Below, piece after piece: positions 35,806 to 47,605 of a DNA stretch of 64,000 nucleotides. Source of the stretch: Macrostomum hystrix (lineage: Eukaryota > Animalia > Platyhelminthes); contig CATNEN010000025.1 in the NCBI GenBank assembly GCA_950097015.1, forward strand, positions 7,874,001-7,938,000, in the 5' to 3' direction. The notes under the pieces are model-generated. The model had not been told where the DNA came from. It ran no database searches and was given only the letters and a program-made list of their open reading frames with translations. The stretch's first letter is position 1; each line of letters opens with the position of its first letter. The position numbers were made by a program, and so were the translations under genes.

Positions 35806-36062
35806 CCGATCCAATCAAAGCCACCGGCCACCTCGTTATCTTTCGCGGCAATCTCTGCCCGGGCGGCGCAGTTGGCAAACTAATCGGCGACGAAGGCGAC
35901 AGCTTCTCCGGTCCGGCCGTGGTCTACGACAACGAGGAGGCCGCCTACGCTGGCGTCTCGCGCGGAGATGTTCAGGCCGGCCAGGTTGTTGTTGTGCGCA
36001 ACGAGGGCCCTGTTGGCGGCCCCGGCATGCGGGAGATGCTGGCTGTGACTGCGGCCATTCAG
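35806..36062 (+). CDS. ilvD: IlvD, second visible exon
   Basis: Acceptor ACCAG|CC. Encodes DPIKATGHLVIFRGNLCPGGAVGK...VRNEGPVGGPGMREML. Donor CAG|GTGAAC. Confidence 0.9.
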
Positions 36063-36134
36063 GTGAACACCTTGGCTTAGTCATTTGCAATAGAAAGTTC
36101 ACGTGGATTGTTTCAATCGCCCACATTTTTCTTT

Positions 36135-36800
36135 TTTCTGTATCTCCTAAAATATTCAACCAGTTGCCATGAAAATCCACAACACGGCCTATAATTTTCC
36201 GCTCTATCCGATGAAGCAACTTCCGCAATCGCTAAAAAAATTTGCGTCGTCGAGATATTCAACGATTCTCGTCGGGTGTCTGGTGGCAGAAACCACCAAT
36301 GTAGGCAAAAAGTTTCTGCTCACGAAATTTCATTATGCAGTCATGTCTATTACTTTTTATCTAATTGTATTGATTATTTGGTTGATTTATGGGGGGTCGG
36401 TGGCAGAGCGGTTAACGCGTTTGCCTCTCGCACCAAGGTCCCTAAGTTCGATTCCACGGCAAGGACACATTTATTTGGGGCGCAGCCGCGGAGAGAAGGC
36501 TTTGGGGGCTTGTCGTGCAATTATACGCCCTTGAAGGGCCAACCTCCAAGGCACAGTGCAATGTACACTGCCTGACGATGAGAAATGCGTGAGCGTATGC
36601 CTGCGTACAGTATCTGTGTGCGTGTGTGCTCAGGAGTCAGCGAAATGGGCAGAATTGCCTCTTCGCTGGCTGCAGGTCTAGTGTCACCAAATGATGTGCC
36701 ATTGCCCGCAGCCCTCCTGCAGTTATTATTGTTATTGATTTATGCACTTTTGAACCAATATGGATTCGCTAAAGAGGTTTATACAGAGCAATGTTACTTA
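36135..36800 (+). mobile_element. Unnamed dispersed repeat, copy 2, interrupted by a SINE
   Basis: TCTGTATCTCC.AAAATATT...CTCTATCCGATGAA.CAACTT...TGTCTGGTG; resumes as TTGAACCAATATGGATTCGC after the SINE. Confidence 0.6.
36392..36734 (+). mobile_element. SINE family A, full length with 10-bp TSD
   Basis: TSD TTGATTTATG at 36382-36391 and 36735-36744; B-box GTTCGATTCC; (TTA)n tail. Confidence 0.9.
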
Positions 36801-36929
36801 TCTTTGTCGCTAGGCCAAGTGGTAGCTATCGCGAAGCTATTTTGTTTCCTCGGGGGAAAATAGTGTGATCTTTTTACTGTTAAGGATTTTGGCGAAAAAT
36901 TCAGATTTTTTATTTCAAATTTTTCCTAG

Positions 36930-37244
36930 TGCCGTGGCTTAGCTGGCCGGGTGGCTCTCATCACGGATGGCCGGTTCTCCGGCGCCACCAAGGGCTTTGT
37001 TGTAGGTCACGTGACCCCAGAATCGGCCGTCGGCGAACCAATAGCCGCCCTGCGCACGGGGGATCTGATCGACATCGATGGTCCCGGCCGGAGCATCAGC
37101 GTCAGACTGGGCGAGGCTGAATTCACCACTCGAATGCGAAATGCGGCCGCGGTGGCTCATCCGCCAGGCGGTTCGCGCACCTCCGTGCTGGCCAAGTACA
37201 GACGGCTGGTCAAGCAGGCCGATGAGGGCGCCATTGTGGCCTGA
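36930..37244 (+). CDS. ilvD: IlvD, last exon
   Basis: Acceptor CCTAG|TGC. Encodes [29 protein letters not shown]...[19 protein letters not shown]; TGA at 37242-37244. Confidence 0.92.
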   Translation, partial: CRGLAGRVALITDGRFSGATKGFVVGHVTPESAVGEPIAALRTGDLIDIDGPGRSISVRLGEAEFTTRMRNAAAVAHPPGGSRTSVLAKYRRLVKQADEGAIVA

Positions 37245-37269
37245 TCTGCAGACTCCTAGGGACTTTCGG

Positions 37270-37670
37270 GCTAATGGCCGAGTCGTGTACCTTTGAAGTA
37301 ATGACCGACACGTGTACTTTTGGAGTAATGACCGACACGTGTACTTTTCGAATAATGACCGACTCGTGTACTTTTGGAGTAATGACTGACCCGTGTACCT
37401 TTGAAGTAATGACTGACTCGTGTACCTTTGAAGTAATGACCGACACGTGTACTTTTGGAGTAATGACCGACACGTGTACTTTTCGAATAATGACCGACTC
37501 GTGTACTTTTGGAGTAATGACTGACCCGTGTACCTTTGAAGTAATGACTGACTCGTGTACCTTTGAAGTAATGACCGACACGTGTACTTTTGGAGTAATG
37601 ACCGACTCGTGTACTTTTGGAGTAATGACTGACTCGTGTACTTTTGGGGCAATGACTGACTCGTGTAATT
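37270..37670. repeat. 27-bp minisatellite (GTAATGACCGACTCGTGTACTTTTGGA)n with 135-bp higher-order repeat
   Basis: The order of five unit variants recurs; starts ~25 nt after the ilvD stop. Confidence 0.92.
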
Positions 37671-38184
37671 TAGGGATATGACAGACTCGGTTAGATCATT
37701 TCTGACTAAATAATTTCTGGTATTTACTCCAAATTGAGAACTAACTAGGCTACCGGCTAACTTAAAGTCAATTTTCGAATCGACTAAGTTTTATGTAACT
37801 ATTTTCAATTTTCTTAGCTCCAATACACTACTTAGATTCACTATGAGTAGTGAGAGTGTGCAATCTATTGTTACTTTCATAATTACCGCTAGCTAACGAA
37901 TAAGAAGTGTGATTTTAAATAAAATTTTTCATTGTGACACAAGGAATCAAATTAAAACAATGTTACCTTTCACAGGTTAGTACAAGTATACTAAAGCATA
38001 ACTTTCCATGCTTTCTACTTTTTATTTCTTTAATTAAGTCACATTTACCATTCAACTGTCTGTTTTACATTATTCTATTGTATTTTAGCTACAGCTATAC
38101 CAAACTCAAGCACTTGGGAAGTTAGTGTCTTGCTCAAGGACACAAGTTCTCTCGATTAATCTAACCACTAGGCTACAAGTTTTT

Positions 38185-38430
38185 GGGGTGGGTGGCAGAG
38201 CGGTCTAACGCGTTCGCCTCTCGCACCAAAGGTCCCTGAGCTCGATTCCGCGGCGAGGCCACATTCATTTGGGGCGCAGCCGCGGAGAGAAGGCTTTGGG
38301 GGCTTGTCGTGCAATTTATGTCATTGAAGGCCAACCTCCATGGCACAGTGAGAGTGTACACTGCCTGACGATGAGAAAGTCAGGGCAGATGTACACACCT
38401 GTGTGAGTGTATGCTCAGGAGTCAGTGAAA
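38185..38430 (+). mobile_element. SINE family A, 3'-truncated
   Basis: GGTGGCAGAGCGGTCTAACGCGTTCGCCTCTCGCACCAAAGGTCCCTGAGCTCGATTCC...GCTCAGGAGTCAG. Confidence 0.85.
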
Positions 38431-38934
38431 TGCTTGGGATAATTATGCTAAATTTGGGTCTATTTACACGTTCCCCAACCAGTAGAAAGCGCATTAAGAT
38501 TAAACACATTCAGCAAACAGCTTAGTCATTGTTTCCAGCCGGGGTTCTGCCAAAAGTTATTACTGTATAATGGCTCCCAACACTGCATGGGCATCAAATT
38601 TTAATGCCACCCACCTGCCGACTTCCTAATGAAATTTATTCGACCCAAAATTTAAACTTTTTTTGCTCGCAACAAAATTGCCGACAAAACGGACAGCACT
38701 TGTTGCTGCTAATTGTCAGTTCAACTAGAAAATTGTGATCAATTTTTTGCATCCAGCCCAAACCAATAATAATCCACTTGACACTGCCGTTTCACATTCG
38801 AAAATTGCACATTAAATTCGGTGGAACATTAATTCTGCGCAAATCCTTTCAGCTTTTTTATGAGCTTGCAAAACTGCTATCGCCATAACAGCACAGACTG
38901 CCGATTTCATTGTGTTCTCCCTTCTAGCCCCGTT

Positions 38935-39040
38935 CTCTGATTGGCCGCCGATACCGCCAGCCAATTGGACGGATCGATTTCTTTATTAACCATTTAGCGG
39001 CCCTACAAACGGAACTGGGACAGTTGGAGTTTATATAGTC
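38935..39040 (+). promoter_or_regulatory. Candidate Dbx core promoter (CCAAT boxes, TATA-like)
   Basis: CTGATTGGC (~38938), CCAATTGG (~38962) and TTATATAG (~39031), 40-140 nt upstream of the ATG at 39080. Motif match only. Confidence 0.3.
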
Positions 39041-39079
39041 TCACATATTCCATTGCTTTACAACTCGAACTCTTGAAAA

Positions 39080-39506
39080 ATGGATTTGTCACCAATCTCT
39101 TTATCTCCCGCTTCCGCCCCCGCTTCCGCCCCCGCTTCCGTCCCCGCTTCCGCCCCCGCTTCCGCCCCCGGTTCCGCACCCGCTTCCGCTCCCTTGAAAT
39201 TCGGCGTCACCGCCATCCTGAATAGTTGCAGCTCGGTGAAATTTTCTTCGAAAGTTCAGCTAGCGTCACCACCACCGCCGCCGCTGCCGCCGCCGTTTCC
39301 TCAGCAGCAGTCGCCTTGTCTTTCCCAGTTTCTCCTGTGGCCGGGAGTTGCAATGAATCTTCTACCAGCTAGTTTAGCTCCCTGGCAAACTCCCAGACCA
39401 TTGCCGACCACCAGCTATACGACTCCGGCTTCTGCCGCCGCCGCCACCGCCGCCGCCGCCGCCACCGCCGCCGCTGCAGCTGCTGCTGCTTTCAGCCTTA
39501 GCAACG
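39080..39506 (+). CDS. Dbx: Dbx homeobox gene, exon 1 of 3
   Basis: ATG at 39080, ASAP repeats, eh1-like LKFGVTAIL (Dbx LKFGVNAIL), poly-Pro and poly-Ala. Phase-1 donor G|GTGAGT at 39507. Confidence 0.75.
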
Positions 39507-39592
39507 GTGAGTTCACTTTACCCTTCCGAGGCTCTTTATGCGAAGATTCCATTCCAAAATCATCAGAAGCAGTCCCTTTGAAAAATCCTCAG

Positions 39593-39855
39593 ACCAGCTG
39601 GCTTTCAACTCGTTGGATTTGCGGTACCAGCATCAGGTCCAGCTTCACCGTCAGCCTCATCAGTTCCAAGCGACTGCCGACATTCAAATCAGCGGCGTCA
39701 GCAGCGGACGCGTTGTCAACGGCGGCGTCCTGCGCCGCGCCGTGTTCAGCGAGGCCCAGCGACGCGGCCTTGAGAAGGCCTTCCAGCGCCAGAAGTACAT
39801 CGGCAAGCCGGACCGCAGGCTTCTAGCCGACCGTCTGGGTTTAGGCGACTCTCAG
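39593..39855 (+). CDS. Dbx: Dbx, exon 2 (homeodomain helices 1-2)
   Basis: Acceptor CCTCAG|AC. Encodes GVLRRAVFSEAQRRGLEKAFQRQKYIGKPDRRLLADRLGLGDSQ, the diagnostic Dbx homeodomain. Donor CAG|GTAAGC. Confidence 0.92.
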
Positions 39856-39948
39856 GTAAGCTGATGTCGCCTGGGCTTGTGAGACCGGTCTGGAACTGCT
39901 CCAGATAAGGGCCAAATTGATGCCGTTTAGCGCCACTCTAATCTGCAG

Positions 39949-40056
39949 GTGAAAATTTGGTTTCAAAACCGTCGCATGAAATGGCGCAACTCCAAGGCGG
40001 CGGAGGCGGACTCGATGAACAACGATGCGAGCCGGACTAGCCAGGTGCAATCTTGA
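39949..40056 (+). CDS. Dbx: Dbx, exon 3 (helix 3)
   Basis: Acceptor CTGCAG|GTG. Encodes VKIWFQNRRMKWRNSK; TGA at 40054-40056 (see finding on a possible longer tail). Confidence 0.88.
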   Translation: MKIWFQNRRMKWRNSKAAEADSMNNDASRTSQVQS

Positions 40057-40745
40057 GAACAGAGAACTGCTAGGAATAAGTCTTCTTCTTCAGCTACTGC
40101 CGCTGCTGCTGCCGCTGCCGCTGCTGCGCCGCTGCCGCTGCTGCTGCCGCTGCCGCTGCTGAACCGCTGCCGCTGCTGCTGCCTCTTCTGTTGCCACTGC
40201 TGCTGCCTGTTCTGCTACTCATACTTCTACTGTTGCTGCTCCTGCATTGTGACTATCAAACACATTGTTGTTTTCTCATTTATTGTCAGCCTTTTTTGAA
40301 ATTTAAATAAATGCGAGAATTCTCTAAACCGATATTGCGCACTGAATGTGAAGACGTGGCTGTCACTCTATAGTCACGATTTGTCAACAATTCAAACTAT
40401 CGGGAGTAAAAACTTCTTCGATTTCTCGGAAGTTCTAAATTCGTGACATTGTTCATTACGAATGACGGCTCAAAGTGAGTTTTGTTTCGATTCGAAACAC
40501 ATGTAATTATAGCCAATGTTTAATTTAATAATGGAATTAATCTTTGTTCCTAAATTATGCCTGGTAACGTACTCATGTTTGTATTGAAGATGGCTGAGCA
40601 CGGAAGATTGTGCTCAGACAGGGCTGGGTCTAGCTTAGCTATAGCATTTCAGTTTGAGCAGTCGAGTTGTATTAAAATGTGCATCAAACTATTTAAATAC
40701 TTATTAATTGAATGCAAATTCCCATGCAAATCTATAAACATTGAT

Positions 40746-41020
40746 TTGGGGCGCAGCCGCGGAGAGTAAGGCTTGTGAGCTTGTCGTGCAATTTACGCCC
40801 TTGAGGACCAACCTCCAAGGCACAGTGAGATTGTAAACTGCTTGACGATGAGAAAGTCAGTGCAGATGTACTACACCTGTGTGAGTGTGTGCCTGCGTAC
40901 GGTATCTAGTGTGCGTGTGTGCTCAGGAATCAGCGAAATGGGCCGAATTGCCTCCTCGCTGGCTGCGGGTCTAGTGTCACCATATGATGTGCTAGTGCCC
41001 ACGACACAGCAATTATTATT
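40746..41020 (+). mobile_element. SINE family A, 5'-truncated
   Basis: TTGGGGCGCAGCCGCGGAGAG...GAGAAAGTCAG...GGGTCTAGTGTCACC...AATTATTATT. Confidence 0.85.
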
Positions 41021-41829
41021 AACAGGTGATAAAGTGCCTAATCCTGTTGTCTACAAAGTCAAACGCAGGCAAATACTGTTAGTGCATTGTTATAATCAGT
41101 TGGAAATGAAATTATTTTATTGCGTCACACATCCTTGTTAGCGAAACACCTTAGTTATTGTTGTCAATTACAAGTTTCATAGGCCATTTGGGTATTGTAA
41201 GCAGACTAGCAACAAATACTTTTGTTCCAGTTAAGCACAAAGACATATTTAGCAAGCCTTTAACGCTGACACTTTTCGAAGAGCAAATGTTGAATTGCGC
41301 AATTCATCAAAACCTCGAAGCCACCTTGACCACATTGACAACGAATCCAATAGCGCCTGCAACCCCGACCTTAATTGAGAAATATGATTTTGAAACATTG
41401 GCAAATAAATTGGACAAAGACACAGACCCGATGTGAAGCTAATCTTTGTATTTAATCACGTGCTGTCTTTAAGCATTGTGTCTGTGGGGCTTTTAGTAAA
41501 ACTAATTGATCATATTTTTCCTGATTGCCTGTCTCATTGCTCATTGATTTCTTTAAAAAAGCAAGAGAATAAATCGCTGAAGCACCTGCTTCTTCGGCGG
41601 CAACCAGACAAAACTGAAAAGTGAAATGAAAGTCAGAAGAGCTCGACTCAGATTTAATCATTAACATTAAAAATGTTTGGTGGTGTTTCAGTTTAATATG
41701 TTTGATTAGGGTCTATTTCTACAGCCTGTGATTTAGGCATTTCTATGCTTCTCCGATCAATTACCAGACAACTCAATTCATTTATCTCCTCTTACCACTT
41801 CATCTCACCACCGACTGCCCCTTCATCTT

Positions 41830-43495
41830 AATATAAACCTCCCTTCATCTCACAATCGACTCTCCCTTCATCTCACAATCAACTCTCCCTTCATCTCACA
41901 ATCAACTCTTCCTTCATCTCACTATTAACTCTTCTTTCATCTGATTATCAACTCTCCCTTCATCTCACTATTAACTCTCCCTTCATCTCACTATCAACTC
42001 TCCCTTCATCTCACAATCAACTCTCCCTTAATCTCACTATCAACTCTCCCTTCATCTCATTATCAACTCTCCCTTCATCTCACAATCAACTCTCCCTTAA
42101 TCTCACTATCAACTCTCCCTTCATCTCACAATCAACACTCCCTTCATCTCATTATCAACTCTCCCTTCATCTCACAATCAACTCTCCCTTCATCTCACAA
42201 TCAACTCTCCCTTCATCTCACAATCAACTCTCCCTTCATCTCACTATCAACTCTCCCTTCATCTCATTATCAACTCTCCCTTCATCTCACTATCAACTCT
42301 CCCTTCATCTCACTATCAACTCTCCATTTATCTCACTATCAACTCTCCCTTTATCTCACTATTAACTCTCCCTTCATCTCACAATCAACTCTCCCTTCAT
42401 CTCATTATCAACTCTCCCTTCATCTCATTATCAACTCTCCCTTCATCTCACTATCAACTCTCCCTTCATCTCACTATCAACTCTCCCTTCAGCTGATTAT
42501 CAACTCTCCCTTCATCTCATTATCAACTCTCCCTTCATCTCACAATCAACTCTCCCTTCATCTCACAATCAACTCTTCCTTCATCTCACAATCAACTCTT
42601 CCTTCATCTCACTATCAACTCTCCCTTTATCTCACTATTAACTCTCCCTTCATCTCACAATCAACTCTTCCTTCATCTGATTATCAACTCTCCCTTCATC
42701 TCATTATCAACTCTCCATTCATCTCACAATCAACTCTCCCTTCATCTCATTATCAACTCTCCCTTCATCTCACTATCAACTCTTCCTTCATCTCACTATC
42801 AACTCTCCCTTCATCTCACTATCAACTCTCCCTTCATCTCACTATTAACTCTTCTTTCAGCTGATTATCAACTCTCCCTTCATCTCATTATCAACTCTCC
42901 CTTCATCTCATTATCAACTCTTCCTTCATCTCACAATCAACTCTCCCTTCATCTCACAATCAACTCTCCCTTCATCTCATTATCAACTCTCCCTTCATCT
43001 CACAATCAACTCTCCCTTCATCTCACAATCAACTCTCCCTTCATCTCACAATCAACTCTCCCTTCATCTCACAATCAACTCTCCCTTCATCTCACAATCA
43101 ACTCTCCCTTCATCTCACAATCAACTCTCCCTTCATCTTACAATCAACTCTCCCTTCATCTCACAATCAACTCTCCCTTTATCTCACTATTAACTCTCCC
43201 TTCATCTCACAATCAACTCTCCCTTCATCTCACAATCAACTCTTCCTTCATCTCACTATCAACTCTTCCTTCATCTGATTATCAACTCTCCCTTCATCTC
43301 ACTATCAACTCTTCCTTCATCTGATTATCAACTCTCCCTTCATCTCATTATCAACTCTCCCTTCATCTCACAATTAACTCTCCCCTCATCTCACAATCAA
43401 CTCTCCCTTCATCTCACAATCAACTCTCCCTTCATCTCACTATCAACTCTCCCTTCATCTGATTATCAACTCTCCCTTCATCTCCCTATCAATCG
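41830..43495. repeat. 23-bp minisatellite (CAATCAACTCTCCCTTCATCTCA)n
   Basis: About 70 visible units. Confidence 0.97.
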
Positions 43496-43740
43496 CAATC
43501 TCTCTAACCACACTCTTAACTCTCCCATTATCTGACAGCCAACACTATCTCCACCTTAAAACCGACTCTTTATTTCACCATCTCCCCTTCCACGTAGTAT
43601 TCTTACATTTTTTTGTTTAGATCTCATATATATGTCTAGGGAAGTACACATGCTCACTACTTATAGTACAATATGCATGCATATTTTACTTTTTTTCTAG
43701 ACTATTTTAAACTTCATTGATCTATTCACACCCCGATCAT

Positions 43741-44158
43741 CTACTGACATCCCTGCTGACACACTAGTTGACCCACTACTGACATCCCTGCTGACACACT
43801 AGTTGACCCACTACTGACATCCCTGCTGACACACTAGTTGACCCACTACTGACATCCCTGCTGACACACTAGTTGACCCACTACTGACATCCCTGCTGAC
43901 ACACTAGTTGACCCACTACTGACATCCCTGCTGACACACTAGTTGACCCACTACTGACATCCCTGCTGACACACTAGTTGACCCACTACTGACATCCCTG
44001 CTGACACACTAGTTGACCCACTACTGACATCCCTGCTGACACACTAGTTGACCCACTACTGACATCCCTGCTGACACACTAGTTGACCCACTACTGACAT
44101 CCCTGCTGACACACTAGTTGACCCACTACTGACATCCCTGCTGACACACTAGTTGACC
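43741..44158. repeat. 35-bp perfect minisatellite (CTACTGACATCCCTGCTGACACACTAGTTGACCCA)n
   Basis: About 12 identical units. Confidence 0.97.
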
Positions 44159-44457
44159 ATTTTGCGCTGGTCAATTTAGGCAGCTGTTGCAGGAATGATA
44201 TCAATATAATAGTAAATTTATTAGTCTTTCTGAGGCGCTTCCTACAGGGCGCCGTAAATAATCCAGTGTCGGGAAAAATCATGAAATCATGGATAATAAA
44301 TATGAAATGTGATAACCTAGCTAATGGTTGTATTATGATGCCGCGAAACCAATCATCCCTAGTAATTAAGTAGAAATGCATTTACTCAGCATTATAAAAC
44401 ACATTTCCATCTAATCTTTTCTTTTATCTTTTCACTCTAATCCAATCCACATCCACT

Positions 44458-45885
44458 CTAATCTCTAGTTTCTAATCTCTAGTTTCTAATCTCTAGTCTC
44501 TAATCTCTAGTCTCTAATCTCTAGTTTCTAATCTCTAGTCTCTAATCTCTAGTCTCTAATCTCTAGTTTCTAATCTCTAGTCTCTAATCTCTAGTCTCTA
44601 ATCTCTAGTCTCTAATCTCTAGTCTCTAATCTCTAGTCTCTAATCTCTAGTTTCTAATCTCTAGTCTCTAATCTCTAGTCTCTAATCTCTAGTTTCTAAT
44701 CTCTAGTCTCTAATCTCTAGTCTCTAATCTCTAGTTTCTAATCTCTAGTCTCTAATCTCTAGTCTCTAATCTCTAGTTTCTAATCTCTAGTCTCTAATCT
44801 GTAGTCTCTAATCTCTAGTTTCTAATCTCTATTCTCTAATCTCTAGTCTCTAATCTCTAGTTTCTAATCTCTAGTCTCTAATCTCTAGTCTCTAATCTCT
44901 AGTCTCTAATCTCTAGTTTCTAATCTCTAGTCTCTAATCTCTAGTCTCTAATCTCTAGTTTCTTATCTCTAGTTTCTAATCTCTAGTCTCTAATCTCTAG
45001 TTTCTAATCTCTAGTCTCTAATCTCTAGTCTCTAATCTCTAGTTTCTAATCTCTATTCTCTAATCTCTAGTCTCTAATCTCTAGTTTCTAATCTCTAGTC
45101 TCTAATCTCTAGTCTCTAATCTCTAGTCTCTAATCTCTAGTTTCTAATCTCTAGTCTCTAATCTCTAGTCTCTAATCTCTAGTCTCTAATCTCTAGTTTC
45201 TAATCTCTAGTCTCTAATCTCTAGTTTCTAATCTCTAGTCTCTAATCTCTAGTTTCTAATCTCTAGTCTCTAATCTCTAGTCTCTAATCTCTAGTTTCTA
45301 ATCTCTATTCTCTAATCTCTAGTCTCTAATCTCTAGTTTCTAATCTCTAGTCTCTAATCTCTAGTCTCTAATCTCTAGTCTCTAATCTCTAGTTTCTAAT
45401 CTCTAGTCTCTAATCTCTAGTCTCTAATCTCTAGTTTCTTATCTCTAGTTTCTAATCTCTAGTCTCTAATCTCTAGTCTCTAATCTCTAGTCTCTAATCT
45501 CTAGTTTCTAATCTCTAGTCTCTAATCTCTAGTTTCTAATCTCTAGTCTCTAATCTCTAGTCTCTAATCTCTAGTTTCTTATCTCTAGTTTCTAATCTCT
45601 AGTCTCTAATCTCTAGTCTCTAATCTCTAGTCTCTAATCTCTAGTTTCTAATCTCTAGTCTCTAATCTCTAGTTTCTAATCTCTAGTTTCTAATCTCTAG
45701 TCTCTAATCTCTAGTTTCTAATCTCTAGTCTCTAATCTCTAGTTTCTAATCTCTAGTTTCTAATCTCTAGTCTGTTCACTCTAATCCAACTCTCCTATCT
45801 CTAGTCTGTTCACTCTAATCCAACTCTCCCATCTCTAGTCTGTTCACTCTAATCCAACTCTCCCATCTCTAGTCTGTTCACTCTA
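44458..45885. repeat. 14-bp satellite (CTCTAATCTCTAGT)n followed by three ~34-bp derivative units
   Basis: Visible tandem units. Confidence 0.97.
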
Positions 45886-46484
45886 ATGTACTTTTTACAG
45901 CCGGCTTACGCTACTGGTATCAGCCAAGAAGTTTCTAAGCATATGTGCATGCACAATTTTTCATCCATGGCTTAGGTTTTCCCCTGAGGTGACAGGAAGT
46001 CATGGACACACCGGATGCGCCATCCACTTCCCATTTCGAGTCTAATTTTTCTTCCCTATATGGTATAAAAATAATAATTGTACCGGTGCTGCAGCTTCTA
46101 AGTCAAGTAGGTAAAATGGGATTAACTTCCCATAAAGTCCCGCTTCCCTCATCCACTTGTATATGACTATGGACGCAGGCAGTTTCTAGAAGTCAGACTA
46201 AATTAATTTCGACCGTTTTTGAATTATTATCAGCATTGATTGAATGTACTTTTATTTTACTACTGGGAGCATGAAAAGATCAGTAAAATTGGATTCTAAG
46301 AAATCAAAGTCAAAGAAAGATAAAAAAATGACAAATTACAGATTCACAAATTATGAACGTCACGAAATGTAAAAAGAAATGTTCCCGGACGTCTCAATTA
46401 AACCGATTGTTTCCTCATGCAAAAAGTAATTAAAAAATATTTCTTAGTAGGGCCTTGTTTGTCGTTCAAGATCCCCACCTTTCA

Positions 46485-47165
46485 ATCCCATTGCCTCACC
46501 TGTCAATCCAATTGCCTCGCCTGTCCATCCCATTGCCTCGCCTGTCCATCCCATTGCCTCGCCTGTCAATCCAATTGCCTACCCTGTCCATCCCATTGCC
46601 TCACCTGTCAATCCAATTGCCTCGCCTGTCAATCCAATTACCTCGCCTGTCAATCCAATTGCCTCGCCTGTCAATCCAATTGCCTCGCCTGTCCATCCCA
46701 TTGCCTCACCTGTCAATCCCATTGCCTCACCTGTCAATCCCATTGCCTCACCTGTTAACCCCAGGGCCTCGCCTGTCAATCCCATTGCCTCACCTGTCAA
46801 TCCCATTGCCTCACCTGTCAATCCCATTGCCTCGCCTGTCAATCCAATTGCCTCATCTGTCGAATCCCATTGCCTCACCTGTTAATCCCAGGGCCTCACC
46901 TGTCAATCCGATTGCCTCACCTGTCAATCCCATTGCCTCGCCTGTCAATCCAATTGCCTCATCTGTCAATCCCATTGCCTCACCTGTTAATCCCAGGGCC
47001 TCCCCTGTCAATCCCATTGCCTCGCCTGTCAATCCTCAAACAGCCTCGCCTGTCAATCCTCAAACAGCCTCACCTGTCAATCCCATTGCTTCACCTGTTA
47101 ATCCCAGGGCCTCGCCTGTCAATCCTCAAACAGCCTCAACCTGTCATCTAAGCAGCCTCACCTGT
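46485..47165. repeat. 21-bp minisatellite (CCATTGCCTCACCTGTCAATC)n
   Basis: Visible tandem units. Confidence 0.93.
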
Positions 47166-47605
47166 CATCTAAACAGCTTCCTAACCTATAGTGGCAGCGC
47201 TTCCCAATGGACCAGCTATTTGGCCCACCTGTTGTTCCAGCCTTACCTATGCTCCCAGGCTAGTAAGATCCGGATGAAAGTGCGAAGGAACATATCCTCC
47301 AAATAGAGGAAGCTGTGCTTCAACAGATCCCCTTTTGTAAAGGCAAGGATATATAAAACTGGATTCTAAGAATGCAGACAGCTGCTGGTTAAAAAAAGTG
47401 CATCGCAACCAAATTGGAAGGCTGTTGGCTTCTGCGCAGCCCTATCCAAAAAGCAAAAAAACTGCTGGCTACCAACCCTACGTGACCTTCACGGAATACT
47501 CTATCTTTAACCGTCCTTGAAATCAAGCAACAAGACTAAACAACAAGGTTAGATAGCTGTGTTACCCTCAATTAGTTATACGACTAACTGGACATACGAA
47601 TGCCC

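Noticed and set aside
36392-36470. Functional tRNA genes at SINE heads
   Set aside because: The acceptor and anticodon stems are degenerate and every head is fused to the same body and tail, so these are SINEs, not tRNAs.
35224-37244. Bacterial contamination as the source of ilvD
   Set aside because: The ORF is split by GT-AG introns that contain the host SINE and a host dispersed repeat.
24862-40056. Functional cluster or operon linking channel, ilvD and Dbx
   Set aside because: Shared orientation alone is weak evidence; the genes are kilobases apart and functionally unrelated, and no shared regulatory or trans-splicing evidence is visible.
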